64,000 nucleotides of DNA from NCBI GenBank assembly GCA_017503015.1, contig JAFVTX010000031.1, positions 14,022 to 78,021 of the forward strand, given 5' to 3'. The notes under the pieces were generated by a model, which was not told the origin of the DNA, made no database searches, and worked only from the letters and a program-made list of their open reading frames with translations. The stretch is from Fibrobacter sp. Lineage in GTDB: Bacteria > Fibrobacterota > Fibrobacteria > Fibrobacterales > Fibrobacteraceae. The first letter of the stretch is position 1. Each line of letters starts with the position of its first letter. A program made the position numbers and the translations under genes. Below, piece by piece: positions 8,528 through 17,855 of the stretch.

Positions 8528-9817
8528 ATGACCGATATCGAAGAACAGGAAGATTACGAAGTACGCATCGGGTCCTTCAACGGCCCTATGGATTTGCTTT
8601 TGTACCTGGTCCAGAAAAAGGAAATGTCCCTGGACCAGATTCCTATCGCCGAAATTGCCGACGATTTTTTGATGTGGGTCAACAAGATCGGAGTCACCGA
8701 CCTTTCCAAGGCGGGCGATTTTCTGTACATGGCGAGCCGCCTCATGGCCCTGAAGGTCCAGGAGCTGTTGCCTGCCGAAGAACGTGACCCGGCCATCATC
8801 GAAGAATACAACGAAGACCGCGAACAGCTCATGCGGGAAATGCTGGAATACCAGCGTTACAAGCAGGTGGCAGGCGGCCTCCAAGAGATGGAAAGCGAGA
8901 ACTACGGCACCTACAGCCGTGGCCGCCTGGAAAAGACCCAGAACGACGACGAGACCCTGGCCGATGCAAACATCTGGCAGCTGTTCCGGGCCTACCAGAA
9001 AAGCTTAAAGACAAAGATTTCGGAGACCATCCACCATATTGAACTGGACTACGTGACCATCCAGGACCGTCAGCAGGCCATCAACAACTACCTGAACGTC
9101 CATGGCCGAGCCCTTTTCGAAGACCTGCTGGACAACGACAGCCACCCCATCGTGGCGGCGGTGACTTTTATGGCCCTGCTGGAGATGATCAAGACCGACG
9201 AGCTGGTGTTCCGCCAGAGCGAACTCTTTGGCCCCATCTGGATCTACCGCAAAAAGAACAACGAGGAATACGCCGAAGAAATGGCCCACGAGACGGTGTT
9301 CCTTTCCAAGGATCCGGACGTAAAGCCCGGCCTTGTAGAAGAAATCCGGCGGGAGGCCACGGCACGCTCCCAGGCTGGGAGCGTGGGCGACATCGCTGCC
9401 GTGATGCGCGAGGCCCTTTTATGGGCCAGCCGTGGCCGGGACGTAACCGAAGACGACCTGATAGCCATGCTGGAAGGCCGGGAAGACCTGAGCGAAGTGC
9501 AAGAGGACCCCTTCGGAGACAAGGACGACGACACCCCGGCAGGTACTGCCTCCACGGAACAGCCGCAGGAACCCGCACCGTCCGTTGAACAGCCTGTGGA
9601 GCAACCGCAACAGGCGCAACCGACAGCGGATCCTCGCCTACGCGAGGATGACGAAAAAGGAACTGCTCAGGATGGCGCCGCCGGCGTCACTCCGGACCTC
9701 GGGCAAGACGTCATTCCGGGCTACGACACGGAACCCGGAACCCCTGTCGAACATTCTACTCCAGAGAATAACGAAACATCCCAAGATGACGAAGGCCCCG
9801 TCGTTTACGGAGCCTAA
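8528..9817 (+). CDS. scpA: Segregation and condensation protein A with atypical ~150-aa acidic/Pro-rich C-terminal extension
   Basis: N-terminal FNGPMDLLLYLVQKKEMSLDQIPIAEIADDFL is ScpA-like. The last ~65 codons run through hairpin-repeat DNA (9626-9740). Confidence 0.8.
   Translation: MTDIEEQEDYEVRIGSFNGPMDLLLYLVQKKEMSLDQIPIAEIADDFLMWVNKIGVTDLSKAGDFLYMASRLMALKVQELLPAEERDPAIIEEYNEDREQLMREMLEYQRYKQVAGGLQEMESENYGTYSRGRLEKTQNDDETLADANIWQLFRAYQKSLKTKISETIHHIELDYVTIQDRQQAINNYLNVHGRALFEDLLDNDSHPIVAAVTFMALLEMIKTDELVFRQSELFGPIWIYRKKNNEEYAEEMAHETVFLSKDPDVKPGLVEEIRREATARSQAGSVGDIAAVMREALLWASRGRDVTEDDLIAMLEGREDLSEVQEDPFGDKDDDTPAGTASTEQPQEPAPSVEQPVEQPQQAQPTADPRLREDDEKGTAQDGAAGVTPDLGQDVIPGYDTEPGTPVEHSTPENNETSQDDEGPVVYGA
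9626..9740. repeat. Hairpin repeats embedded in the 3' coding end of scpA
   Basis: gcggatcctcgcctacgcgaggatgac (9626-9652). gtcactccggacctcgggcaagacgtcattccgggc...cccggaa (9686-9740), repeated at 9893-9940. Confidence 0.8.
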
Positions 9818-9825
9818 GAGTAAAG

Positions 9826-10017
9826 GCTAGATGGCGTGTCGGAGCACGCCATGACGTTTAACTTTTTCGTCATTCCGGGCCATGTACAAAACGTCACTCC
9901 GGACCTCGGGCAAGACGTCATTCCGGGCCACGACCCGGAATCTAGATGGCGGCTCATGGCCGCCATGACGTTTAACTTTTTCGTCATTCCGGGCCACGAC
10001 CCGGAACCTAGACTAGA
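9826..10017. repeat. Composite tandem array of hairpin repeats between convergent scpA and the fibro-slime gene
   Basis: Unit ctagatggcg..gccatgacgtttaactttttcgtcattccgggcc occurs twice (9827, 9941). A gtcactccggacctcgggcaagacgtcattccgggccacgacccggaat unit lies between them. Confidence 0.85.
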
Positions 10018-13000
10018 TTACTTCACAATACCCTTGCCGCGCTTGGCGCCCCACATGTCGGTCTCTTCGGCCTTACTGGACTTGGCCTTGCCAAGCTGAG
10101 CAAGTTTCACGAAGGAGGAAAGCTTCGCGATATAGGCACCGGTACCCACCAGGCGCTTCTTATCGGAAAGCATATTCCAAGCAATGTAGAAGTTTCCTTG
10201 GGTAGAGCGGCAATCCTTGCCTCCGAAGTACTGCTTGTGATACTTTTCTTCGTTCTTGCTGTCCAAGCAGTAAATCTTGTCGCTCTGGCCAGCAACGTAC
10301 GTACCCAAGTTAGTATAGTACTTTACATCGTACTGGAAGTACACATCAGCCAAGGCTTCTGGGTGTTCGTTGAAGAACTTCTCCGTCACAGAGTCCTTGC
10401 TCATGAACGATGCCATGTCAGACTTCACGATAAAGCCTAAGGTGTTAGGATACAGAGCCGCAATTTCGTCCTTACCCATAGTGGTAGGAATCGTGAACAC
10501 CTCCACAGCAGGCGTATTCTTGGCGTCGATATCCTTGTTCATGGTAGCAAGCTTGATAGCCGACACTTCTACGGAGTAGTCGCCCACGATGGTCACCCAA
10601 GGAGACGGAAGTCTCTTGGTGGAGTTGTAGTCCGTGGGAGAATTCCAGTGCATGGCGCTATCACCAGCAACACGCTGGGCAACATCACTTGAAACATTAG
10701 CTGTATCACTCCACATCCAGGAATCGGCGCGGAAACGGATAAAGTCTCCCAGACGCGGTGTGGGGTTCTTGGTGCTCTGGGTCTTGTCGAACACCAAGGT
10801 CAGCTTTTCGGAACCAAGTCCGCCGGGGGCTGCGTTAGCCGTAGGCGAAGCATAACGGGCCGCCTCGGCCACTTCCGTCGCAGAGTTCATATAGAAGGTG
10901 AAGGGAGCCTTGCTATTGGTTTCGTCAATCATCTTTACCGGTTCTGAGAGCGTCACCGTCAAACGGTTCAGCTGTTCAGAGAAGTTGTCCACACGAGCAG
11001 AAACAATCACGGGAGCCATACGGTCGGTAATGCTACCGTCGAAGTGGCCCTTGGTAATCTTCTTACGGTCTTCGTAGGTGGCAAAGTTCAGAACCTTTCC
11101 GCGGCCGTATGTCTTTACCAGAGACGAGAAGGTAGAATCCGAAACAAAGGAAAGAACGCTGTCACTCTTGTTGCCGTTAGCCTTGTACTTGGCCATGAAA
11201 GTATTGTAGATTGTCACGGAGTCGATCATGTAGGAGCACGCCACGGCGGTATCCTTCTTGGTCTTGGAGAATCCCTTCTCCACAAAGTTTATTTCTTCGT
11301 AAACGTTTTCATCCCAGTCGATACATATCAAGAACGGCAAGGAGTCCTTGTAATCACCCTGGGGGTTCGGAACGAAAGGCCTGTCGTAGTGGATAACGAT
11401 AGAGTCGCCCTTACCGTCCAGGTACTCCTTGGACTGCGAGTAATAGGGTTCAGGAATGCTGATGGCGCCCAAAGAAGCACCACGGACGTCGAACATATCC
11501 ACCAGCTGCGGGAACGGTACCGGCGGCTTGCGGAAACGCAGGTTGGTATAAGAGGACAGGCTCAGGCCCTTGGCATCTTCGGCAGTCGAAATCGTGATAT
11601 AAGCCGTGGAATCCATATATTCCTTGCGGGAACGAATAGAAATCACATAGGCACCGTCGCCGAGAGAAATGGCATCGCCAGGCATAGTCACACCGGCAGA
11701 AGCATCAGTCATAGTCAGAGTCATCTGGCAATCCGTGCAAATCTCATTGGTAGCCGGGTTCACAATCAACACATACAGATCCACATCGGAACCAATCCAG
11801 TGGAAGTATTCGTCGCCGTCCAAGCTATCCGGGTCACCCGCAATCGGGTGTTTCCAGGCCGTCACCTTTCCAGTAGAATCAACGGTCACCGGTTCGGCAA
11901 AGTCCAAGCGCGGAGCATAGAACTTGATCTTGGCCTGGGACTTCAAGGACACCGTCTTTTCTTCGGGGTTTGTCGTCAGGCCATCCAGTCCTTGATAAAT
12001 CCAAATGGTATCAATACCCGATTCACCAATGGTCTTGGGCCAGGTTATGGGCGTTTCTCCGGTCTTGGTGGCATAGGCTGTCATGCCCTTGTCCAGCACC
12101 AGAGTGTACTTCTGGCCAACAGCACTCAGCAGGTCTACGCCGCCATCGGCAAAGGCAGATACATACACCGGCACGCGGCTACCAGCCAGGCCCTCGCCTA
12201 CGAAGGTCCACTTGGAGCCCGACGCATAGAAGGGGCTCTTTTCGTCGCCGGCATTCACCGTATAGGTAGAGGTCTGGGTCATCACATCCAGGTTACCCTT
12301 GATGCGGAAGTTGATGTAGGTACGAGCCTTTTCGTCAAGATTTCCACTCAAATCGTAGAAATCAATCACCAGGCGGTAGCTACCCGGAGCCAGTCCGTTA
12401 ATCTTATCGGTATTCACAATGGGCTTGAACGGGTTACCGACATCGATACCGCCATACTGCCAGCCAGTTTTCGCCTCAAGAGTTGCAATTTCCTGACCTG
12501 CCCTAGTAGTAATCTTGTACTTCAAGGTACCATACTGCTTGATAGCCTCGTCGCAGGCATGGACAGTTCCACCATCGCCACCACCAGCCTGGCCAAGAGC
12601 TACAGAGGCACAGGAGCCATCACCGCTCTTGTCGTAGCAGACGCTATAACTCGTCGTACCGTCAGAATTCTTTTTACCATTGGCGTTCAAGCCGCTGGTC
12701 TGCTTGATGAACATGTTGGTCTTGATAATCACGTTACTCATGGTGGTTCTGCGGTCGCAGAAGAAAATATCCAAGGAGTAGTCTTGTCCAGGGACCAGGA
12801 AGCCGGCACCATACGTGGTGTTCAAGTTTTTCAGCACCACATGCCCCGGAGCGGCAAGGTGTGCACCGCCGTTATCCACGGCAAGCCTCTTGTTGATGAA
12901 CACCCAGATGTCGTCGTCACCACGGAAGGTGAATTCCTGATCTTCACTGTAGGTGAAGGTGGCATGGGATTCAAAGCAGAAGTGCTGGTTACGGGTTTGG

Positions 13001-14475
13001 CTACCCCAGCGGCCACCACCACCTGCACCCTGGTCCCAGTTCCATTTAACGTAGCCGGCATCATCAGAGATGAACATGCCTTCGCAATCCACACCGCCAG
13101 ACCAGCCAGGGCCGTTGCACAGGTAGTCGAGGTTCGTGATTCCCGGATATTCAACCGTATACGTCACAGGGCCTTCGGCATTGCGCTTTGTACGGCACGC
13201 CGGGCACTTTTGCGGACTTATGGAGGTAATCACGTCATTACCGGCGGTAGTCGGAGTTTCGTCTTCACGGGGAGAAAAGCCTCCTATGACGGTTCCATTC
13301 TTAACATGGTCGGAATCAAACGCCCAACGGCCATCGGCGGCACGGGAGAAAGGCATGTTGTAGCACACCACCTCGTTCTTGCCTGGAGAATAATTGAACA
13401 GCGTTGCAAAATCAGCTTCACTGGTGAAGCAAGTCGGTCCATTGGACCCACTCATGTTAAGGTGAGGTTTGTCGTCGGTGCCTAACTGATCCTGGACAAT
13501 ACCATGATGCACGCCAACACAATTTGTCGCCCGCGAACTTGAAATACCCTGGTACTCCGAGAATAGGTCATTCACGCTCACATCAGAGTCATAGATAATA
13601 GCAGCAAGGTCGAAGGAGCAGACACCGCTTACGCCGGGGTCCGTCACAAACAGGCCCTGGGCATCTTCCATACCCTCAGGCCATTGTGAATCGTCCGGGA
13701 TAAAATACAACCTGTCCGTTCCAAGGGCTTCCAAAATGGATTTCAGTGGCAAAGGAGTCGGTTCAGCTTCGTTGCCCCACAAGCCCGTGGCGCCAAGCTT
13801 CTCATCGGGCTTATTCTTGAGGTACACTAGCACTTCGTCGGGGACCTTGCTCTCTTCAAAGACCATCATCATCCAGCCGCACATATCCGGGGCCGTCGTC
13901 ATCTGCACACCAGCGCCACCGTTGGCACTGACCATCATGTTGTCGGACTGCCACTCCTTGTCGTCGGGAGTAAGCACGTAGAGATACTTGGCAGAAGGCG
14001 GAACCGTACCCATATAGGTCTTAGGCGTGGCGCTCAAAGGATCCTGTGCAATGAAGATGGTATTGCCAGCACCCGGGCAGGCAAAAACAGCATTGTTCGT
14101 AAGAGCGTTCTGAGGAGCCTCGCCAGCACCGACTGACGTTTCCCATGCAGTTCTAGATATCATGGAAATGCTACCCTGCGTAACACTGCTGAGAATACTG
14201 AAGCTAGTCGCACCGTTTTCCTGGTGGCCGATACCGCTCAAGTCAAACGTAAAGTATCCATCTGCATCTAGGGTAGTGGCATGACCAGCTTCTGCTGCAG
14301 AACAATTTCGTGTACCAAAATACGCCTGAGTCCAACTAGTAGGGGGCTTAAAGCGCACTGTTCCCGCGCACTGAGCGTCTGCAGTGCCGCTAAACGCACC
14401 TACAGTGACCAGCAGTACCGGTAAGACCTTTCCAAACACGTTCCCTAATCCCGATATGGAAAATCTTTTTGACAT
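10018..14475 (-). CDS. Giant secreted fibro-slime / PA14-like domain protein (1485 aa)
   Basis: Signal peptide ...AFSGTADAQ. Block HFCFESHATFTYSEDQEFTFRGDDDIWVFINKRLAVDNGGAHL...DYSLDIFFCDRR matches my recollection of the fibro-slime/PA14 signature. Basic C-terminal tail. Confidence 0.75.
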   Translation of the reverse strand: MSKRFSISGLGNVFGKVLPVLLVTVGAFSGTADAQCAGTVRFKPPTSWTQAYFGTRNCSAAEAGHATTLDADGYFTFDLSGIGHQENGATSFSILSSVTQGSISMISRTAWETSVGAGEAPQNALTNNAVFACPGAGNTIFIAQDPLSATPKTYMGTVPPSAKYLYVLTPDDKEWQSDNMMVSANGGAGVQMTTAPDMCGWMMMVFEESKVPDEVLVYLKNKPDEKLGATGLWGNEAEPTPLPLKSILEALGTDRLYFIPDDSQWPEGMEDAQGLFVTDPGVSGVCSFDLAAIIYDSDVSVNDLFSEYQGISSSRATNCVGVHHGIVQDQLGTDDKPHLNMSGSNGPTCFTSEADFATLFNYSPGKNEVVCYNMPFSRAADGRWAFDSDHVKNGTVIGGFSPREDETPTTAGNDVITSISPQKCPACRTKRNAEGPVTYTVEYPGITNLDYLCNGPGWSGGVDCEGMFISDDAGYVKWNWDQGAGGGGRWGSQTRNQHFCFESHATFTYSEDQEFTFRGDDDIWVFINKRLAVDNGGAHLAAPGHVVLKNLNTTYGAGFLVPGQDYSLDIFFCDRRTTMSNVIIKTNMFIKQTSGLNANGKKNSDGTTSYSVCYDKSGDGSCASVALGQAGGGDGGTVHACDEAIKQYGTLKYKITTRAGQEIATLEAKTGWQYGGIDVGNPFKPIVNTDKINGLAPGSYRLVIDFYDLSGNLDEKARTYINFRIKGNLDVMTQTSTYTVNAGDEKSPFYASGSKWTFVGEGLAGSRVPVYVSAFADGGVDLLSAVGQKYTLVLDKGMTAYATKTGETPITWPKTIGESGIDTIWIYQGLDGLTTNPEEKTVSLKSQAKIKFYAPRLDFAEPVTVDSTGKVTAWKHPIAGDPDSLDGDEYFHWIGSDVDLYVLIVNPATNEICTDCQMTLTMTDASAGVTMPGDAISLGDGAYVISIRSRKEYMDSTAYITISTAEDAKGLSLSSYTNLRFRKPPVPFPQLVDMFDVRGASLGAISIPEPYYSQSKEYLDGKGDSIVIHYDRPFVPNPQGDYKDSLPFLICIDWDENVYEEINFVEKGFSKTKKDTAVACSYMIDSVTIYNTFMAKYKANGNKSDSVLSFVSDSTFSSLVKTYGRGKVLNFATYEDRKKITKGHFDGSITDRMAPVIVSARVDNFSEQLNRLTVTLSEPVKMIDETNSKAPFTFYMNSATEVAEAARYASPTANAAPGGLGSEKLTLVFDKTQSTKNPTPRLGDFIRFRADSWMWSDTANVSSDVAQRVAGDSAMHWNSPTDYNSTKRLPSPWVTIVGDYSVEVSAIKLATMNKDIDAKNTPAVEVFTIPTTMGKDEIAALYPNTLGFIVKSDMASFMSKDSVTEKFFNEHPEALADVYFQYDVKYYTNLGTYVAGQSDKIYCLDSKNEEKYHKQYFGGKDCRSTQGNFYIAWNMLSDKKRLVGTGAYIAKLSSFVKLAQLGKAKSSKAEETDMWGAKRGKGIVK

Positions 14476-14623
14476 AGATTTTTCACCTTTTTAATATGCA
14501 ACTAAATGCGGCAAGCATAAACTCGCCACATAATACCCCCCAAAATCTATTCTTTTATTATTGAAAAAGCAAACGAAAAAATGAAAAAAAAAGGCAAATT
14601 TCAAAAATATGTGACTTATTACA

Positions 14624-14660
14624 AGGCAAAAGGCTCCCTGCAATATCTGCGGGAGGCCTG
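14624..14660 (-). terminator. Rho-independent terminator after lipoprotein paralog 1
   Basis: Minus strand: ggcctcccgcagatattgcagggagcc followed by ttttgcc. Confidence 0.7.
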
Positions 14661-14693
14661 TTTGTAAAAATCTGTTAACCGAAACTATTCTGA

Positions 14694-16517
14694 TTACTCA
14701 ACTTCGTATTCTACTTCACAGACCGTGTTGCCGTGGAAGTCGAGGCGGAATACATGGGTACCGGTCTCAGTAGATGGAGTATACTGGTACCAATCCCCAT
14801 TTGAATATCGGCTCACTGCCTTATCAGCGACTTCTTCATTGTCGTGATATAGAGTCATATTCAGCGATGCACCAATGACATTCGCATCCCAGTTACCAAA
14901 GCTTGCTCCAGGAGTAAAGTAGTGCGTATGGTCCCAACTGTGTTCAGTCAAAGCGCAACTCGTCGAGGTAATCGCGGGATATGCGGTCGTAACGGAACCG
15001 GCGCAAACCTCCTTACCCCCATAGGTAACTGTATAGTTGTACGCGCCAAGCGCATCGGGGACTTTAATTTTACCACTATAGCCATTCCAGCGATCAACAC
15101 TCAAATTGGAGGTTGTACCATCCAGCGTAAGCACCATTGTTGCACTACCACCCATAGCATCTGTCCAGCCAGAGCACTTGGCCATGTTGAACTGGACAGA
15201 ACTTCCAGGCATTACGGGCGTTCCCCAGGAACATGTCGTAGTCAAGGTAGGGTATTCCACCGTCACATTGGCAGAGCACACTTCCTCGCCATCCACGGAA
15301 AGAGTATAGGGATACGCCCCCAAATCGGTGGGTGCAGTCAGTTCCGTAGCCGAATTGTTGGTTCCGTTGGCAACGGAAATGGTCTTGGAAGAACCGCCAC
15401 CGGCCAAAGTCATGCTCATGGTTCCGGTAACACCCGTTACATTGTTAGGCTTAAAATAGAAGGTTTGTCCAGGAACCACACTCATAGATGCCTTGTTGGC
15501 ATCGTAATTATGCTCACCAACATTACACGCCGCCCCCGGCAACTCCGAAGCCGACACCGAGTTGCAGGTGGGGCTCATAGTCATGCCATCGCTATTGGTG
15601 ATGGTGACCGTCGGGGCATATGTCCCGACACTCTTGAGGGTCATGCTGGCAGACGCTTCCGTTCCCGAAGCACCGCCCGCCCACGCATAGGTGAAAGGCT
15701 CTGCACCGGTACAACCACTAACGGACCAGGTCACATCCTTGGGCTTGGAAGAAGACACCACCACGGATGTGGATGGCGTTGTACAAGTACAGCCGCTCAC
15801 CTTGATGCCAGTCACTTCCACCTTGGACTGGCACTTGACCTCTTTCTCCGTGGCAAGCCCCTTGTTTATCACCACCATGGCGCCATAGGATCCCTTTGCG
15901 GCATAACTTACACTGGGCGTGGCATCCTTGCTAGTCGTTATGGAGCTCCCTTCGTCAAAGGTCCAGTCGTAGCTTTCGATGGTGACTGTCGAATTGATGG
16001 CCACATACTTCCAGATAGTAGAACCACCCCTCTCTACGCTGTTGGGGGTCGGGCTGCAGATTCCGTTGACTATAGGTGTCGTTGACTTGGAAGACGAGGA
16101 TGCTACCGTCGTGCTGCTACCGGGATTCACGGCAGAACAGCTGGACGCTACCGACGAAGTATCAGCCTTTATCGACGAGGAGCTAGGGATTACAGGACCC
16201 TTCTGGGCAGACGAGGAGCTCCCCTTAGCAGAGGAATCTGCAGCAGAACTGGTCGCTTCTTCTTGAGCTTCGCTAGAACTGAGGATCAGCTCGCCGTTGC
16301 CGGCGGCCTTCTCCATGGCGGCCACGCATTCGGGGTCGTCGTTACAGGCGGCCATGGCGTCGGGAATGAGGTTCGCCATGCCGTCTTCGTTGAATTCACC
16401 ATAGTTCAATAGGGCCATTTCGTCTTCTAGGCCTTTGGCCTCTACGGCACCCATGTCGCAGGCCCACAAGATAGCCACTACGCATACGAAAAATACGCTT
16501 AAAAACACCCGTTTCAT
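14694..16517 (-). CDS. Cys-rich surface lipoprotein, paralog family member 1 (PKD/Ig-like repeats)
   Basis: MKRVFLSVFFVCVVAILWAC lipobox. Conserved N-module LEDEMALLNYGEF...AACNDDPECVAAMEKA, a Ser-rich linker, then Cys-bounded beta-repeat units. Confidence 0.7.
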   Translation of the reverse strand: MKRVFLSVFFVCVVAILWACDMGAVEAKGLEDEMALLNYGEFNEDGMANLIPDAMAACNDDPECVAAMEKAAGNGELILSSSEAQEEATSSAADSSAKGSSSSAQKGPVIPSSSSIKADTSSVASSCSAVNPGSSTTVASSSSKSTTPIVNGICSPTPNSVERGGSTIWKYVAINSTVTIESYDWTFDEGSSITTSKDATPSVSYAAKGSYGAMVVINKGLATEKEVKCQSKVEVTGIKVSGCTCTTPSTSVVVSSSKPKDVTWSVSGCTGAEPFTYAWAGGASGTEASASMTLKSVGTYAPTVTITNSDGMTMSPTCNSVSASELPGAACNVGEHNYDANKASMSVVPGQTFYFKPNNVTGVTGTMSMTLAGGGSSKTISVANGTNNSATELTAPTDLGAYPYTLSVDGEEVCSANVTVEYPTLTTTCSWGTPVMPGSSVQFNMAKCSGWTDAMGGSATMVLTLDGTTSNLSVDRWNGYSGKIKVPDALGAYNYTVTYGGKEVCAGSVTTAYPAITSTSCALTEHSWDHTHYFTPGASFGNWDANVIGASLNMTLYHDNEEVADKAVSRYSNGDWYQYTPSTETGTHVFRLDFHGNTVCEVEYEVE

Positions 16518-16621
16518 AAGCAACTCCATACCCTATATTACACCTAAACCTTAATATATACTTTTTTTTACCAACGTAAACAAAAATTTTGATTTGTTGA
16601 TAAAAAACACAAAAAAGTGCA

Positions 16622-16650
16622 AAAAAAACCTCCCGGGGAGGGAGGGGGCG
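16622..16650 (-). terminator. Rho-independent terminator after the Rpn-like gene 16669-17688
   Basis: Minus strand: ccctccctccccgggagg followed by tttttttt. Confidence 0.7.
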
Positions 16651-16668
16651 TCTGGCTATATGGCGTTG

Positions 16669-17688
16669 CTACGGTTTGCTAGGAGATTCCTTGGCCTTTT
16701 CCGCTGCGATTTTCCGAGCTTTTTCGATTAGGTTGGCCGGCACGCCAAGGGACTCCAGAATGTCGATTCCTTTGGCAAGACCTTTGGCAAGACCTTTGGC
16801 AAGGCCTTCGGCACTAGCTTTCTCACAGGCTTCGGCACAGGCTTTTTCCGTGCCACGACGTATGCCGCTGGCAATAATCGTATCTATCTCTTCCCGCGTT
16901 ACCATGTCCTTCTCCTGCCTCGTCAAGAGTTCGTCGTCTGCGTTGTCCACCCGGATGCGTTCCAGGGCCTCCTCCAGAATCTCGTTGCCAAAATGCGGCA
17001 GTTCCTTGCCATCGCCGGCGTGGTTCAGCAGGTACAGCCAAGCGTCCACGGATCCTGAGACTTCGCTTTCGGATTTCTTGAACTTGGGCAGACTAATCAT
17101 AATATACTTATTTTTCCCGAAAACGGGTGCCGCACTGCCTTTTTTTAGCGCATTGCGACTATATAGCGCCCATTCGTCTATGTATTCATCATTACCGTAG
17201 TCGCCCGAGTCAAAGTCGCAAATCCAGATGGAGACCGTTTCCGGAAGCTCGTACCGCTTGCTTTCTCGTATATCCCTGGGAAGTGCCTGGAACTCCTTGG
17301 TCCGTTCCATCTCCTGCTTGCCCTTGATAATCAAGAAAGCCTTGTAAAGAACAGCCCTGTCGGTAAAGAAGTCGTGTTCGGCCTTCTGCATCTCTATGTC
17401 GATAAAGCGTCCTGTGCCCGTGGTGGCGAAGATATCCAGGATTACCTTCTTGCTGCGGGCAGAACGCATCGTTATGGTCTTGTCGAAGGTGAAGGTGAGG
17501 TTCTTGATTTTGTCGTCGCCTTCCAGTTGCAGGACTCCGTCCAGAAAATCCTTGAGGGCGCTTTCGCTGTCAAAGAGTTCCTTGAAGCCCGTATCGTATC
17601 TAGGGTCCAGATAGACTTGACCCTGTAGCGATTCGGGGATAGGTCTCTTGCGGACGGGTTTGGTTTTTCTTTGCCTGTTTTTTCTCAT
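16669..17688 (-). CDS. PD-(D/E)XK nuclease family putative transposase (Rpn-like, PDDEXK_2 type)
   Basis: YLDPRYDTGFKELF N-terminus, ILDIFATT...FIDIEMQKAEH nuclease motif, C-terminal (GLAK)x3 repeat. Confidence 0.8.
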   Translation of the reverse strand: MRKNRQRKTKPVRKRPIPESLQGQVYLDPRYDTGFKELFDSESALKDFLDGVLQLEGDDKIKNLTFTFDKTITMRSARSKKVILDIFATTGTGRFIDIEMQKAEHDFFTDRAVLYKAFLIIKGKQEMERTKEFQALPRDIRESKRYELPETVSIWICDFDSGDYGNDEYIDEWALYSRNALKKGSAAPVFGKNKYIMISLPKFKKSESEVSGSVDAWLYLLNHAGDGKELPHFGNEILEEALERIRVDNADDELLTRQEKDMVTREEIDTIIASGIRRGTEKACAEACEKASAEGLAKGLAKGLAKGIDILESLGVPANLIEKARKIAAEKAKESPSKP

Positions 17689-17800
17689 AGCGTCTTAATC
17701 CGGGTGCGCCCCGGTGAACGGCGAGGCGGAATGCCCCGTACTGTATAAGACGCTTTTTTGAAACGAAAAAGGCCCTGTAAAGAATCTTTTTACAAAGTGA
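17689..17800 (-). promoter_or_regulatory. Conserved 5' flank shared by Rpn-like genes (copy 1)
   Basis: Contains ggcggaatgccccgtactgtataagacgcttttttg, as in the other copies. Confidence 0.45.
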
Positions 17801-17801
17801 A

Positions 17802-17828
17802 CAAAAAAGACCCTCCCGGGAGGGAGGG
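17802..17828 (-). terminator. Rho-independent terminator after lipoprotein paralog 2
   Basis: Minus strand: ccctccctcccgggaggg followed by tctttttt. Sequence-related to the terminator at 16622-16650. Confidence 0.7.
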
Positions 17829-17855
17829 AATGAACTTTTTAAGGGTAATGCCGAA

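Noticed and set aside
9826-10017. Possible CRISPR array (the same idea applied to 45348-45446 and 46642-46790)
   Set aside because: The units are self-complementary hairpins of several subtypes, with irregular spacing and no unique spacers of constant length. No cas genes are in the window. They are better explained as REP/BIME-like elements.
9836-10099. 87-aa ORF on the plus strand
   Set aside because: It is composed of translated hairpin-repeat units (MTFNFFVIPGH appears twice) and overlaps the 3' end of the fibro-slime gene.
11044-13485. 813-aa ORF on the plus strand
   Set aside because: It is antisense to the 1485-aa fibro-slime gene, which has a signal peptide and domain signature. The shadow ORF has none.
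14922-16085. 387-aa ORF on the plus strand
   Set aside because: It is antisense to lipoprotein paralog 1. Arg/Gly/His-rich with no motifs.
16622-17828. Direct repeats (cctcccggg(g)agggaggg preceded by an A-run) flanking the Rpn-like gene as transposon ends or target duplications
   Set aside because: On the minus strand, each is a GC hairpin followed by a T-run placed just after a stop codon. They are most simply related intrinsic terminators.
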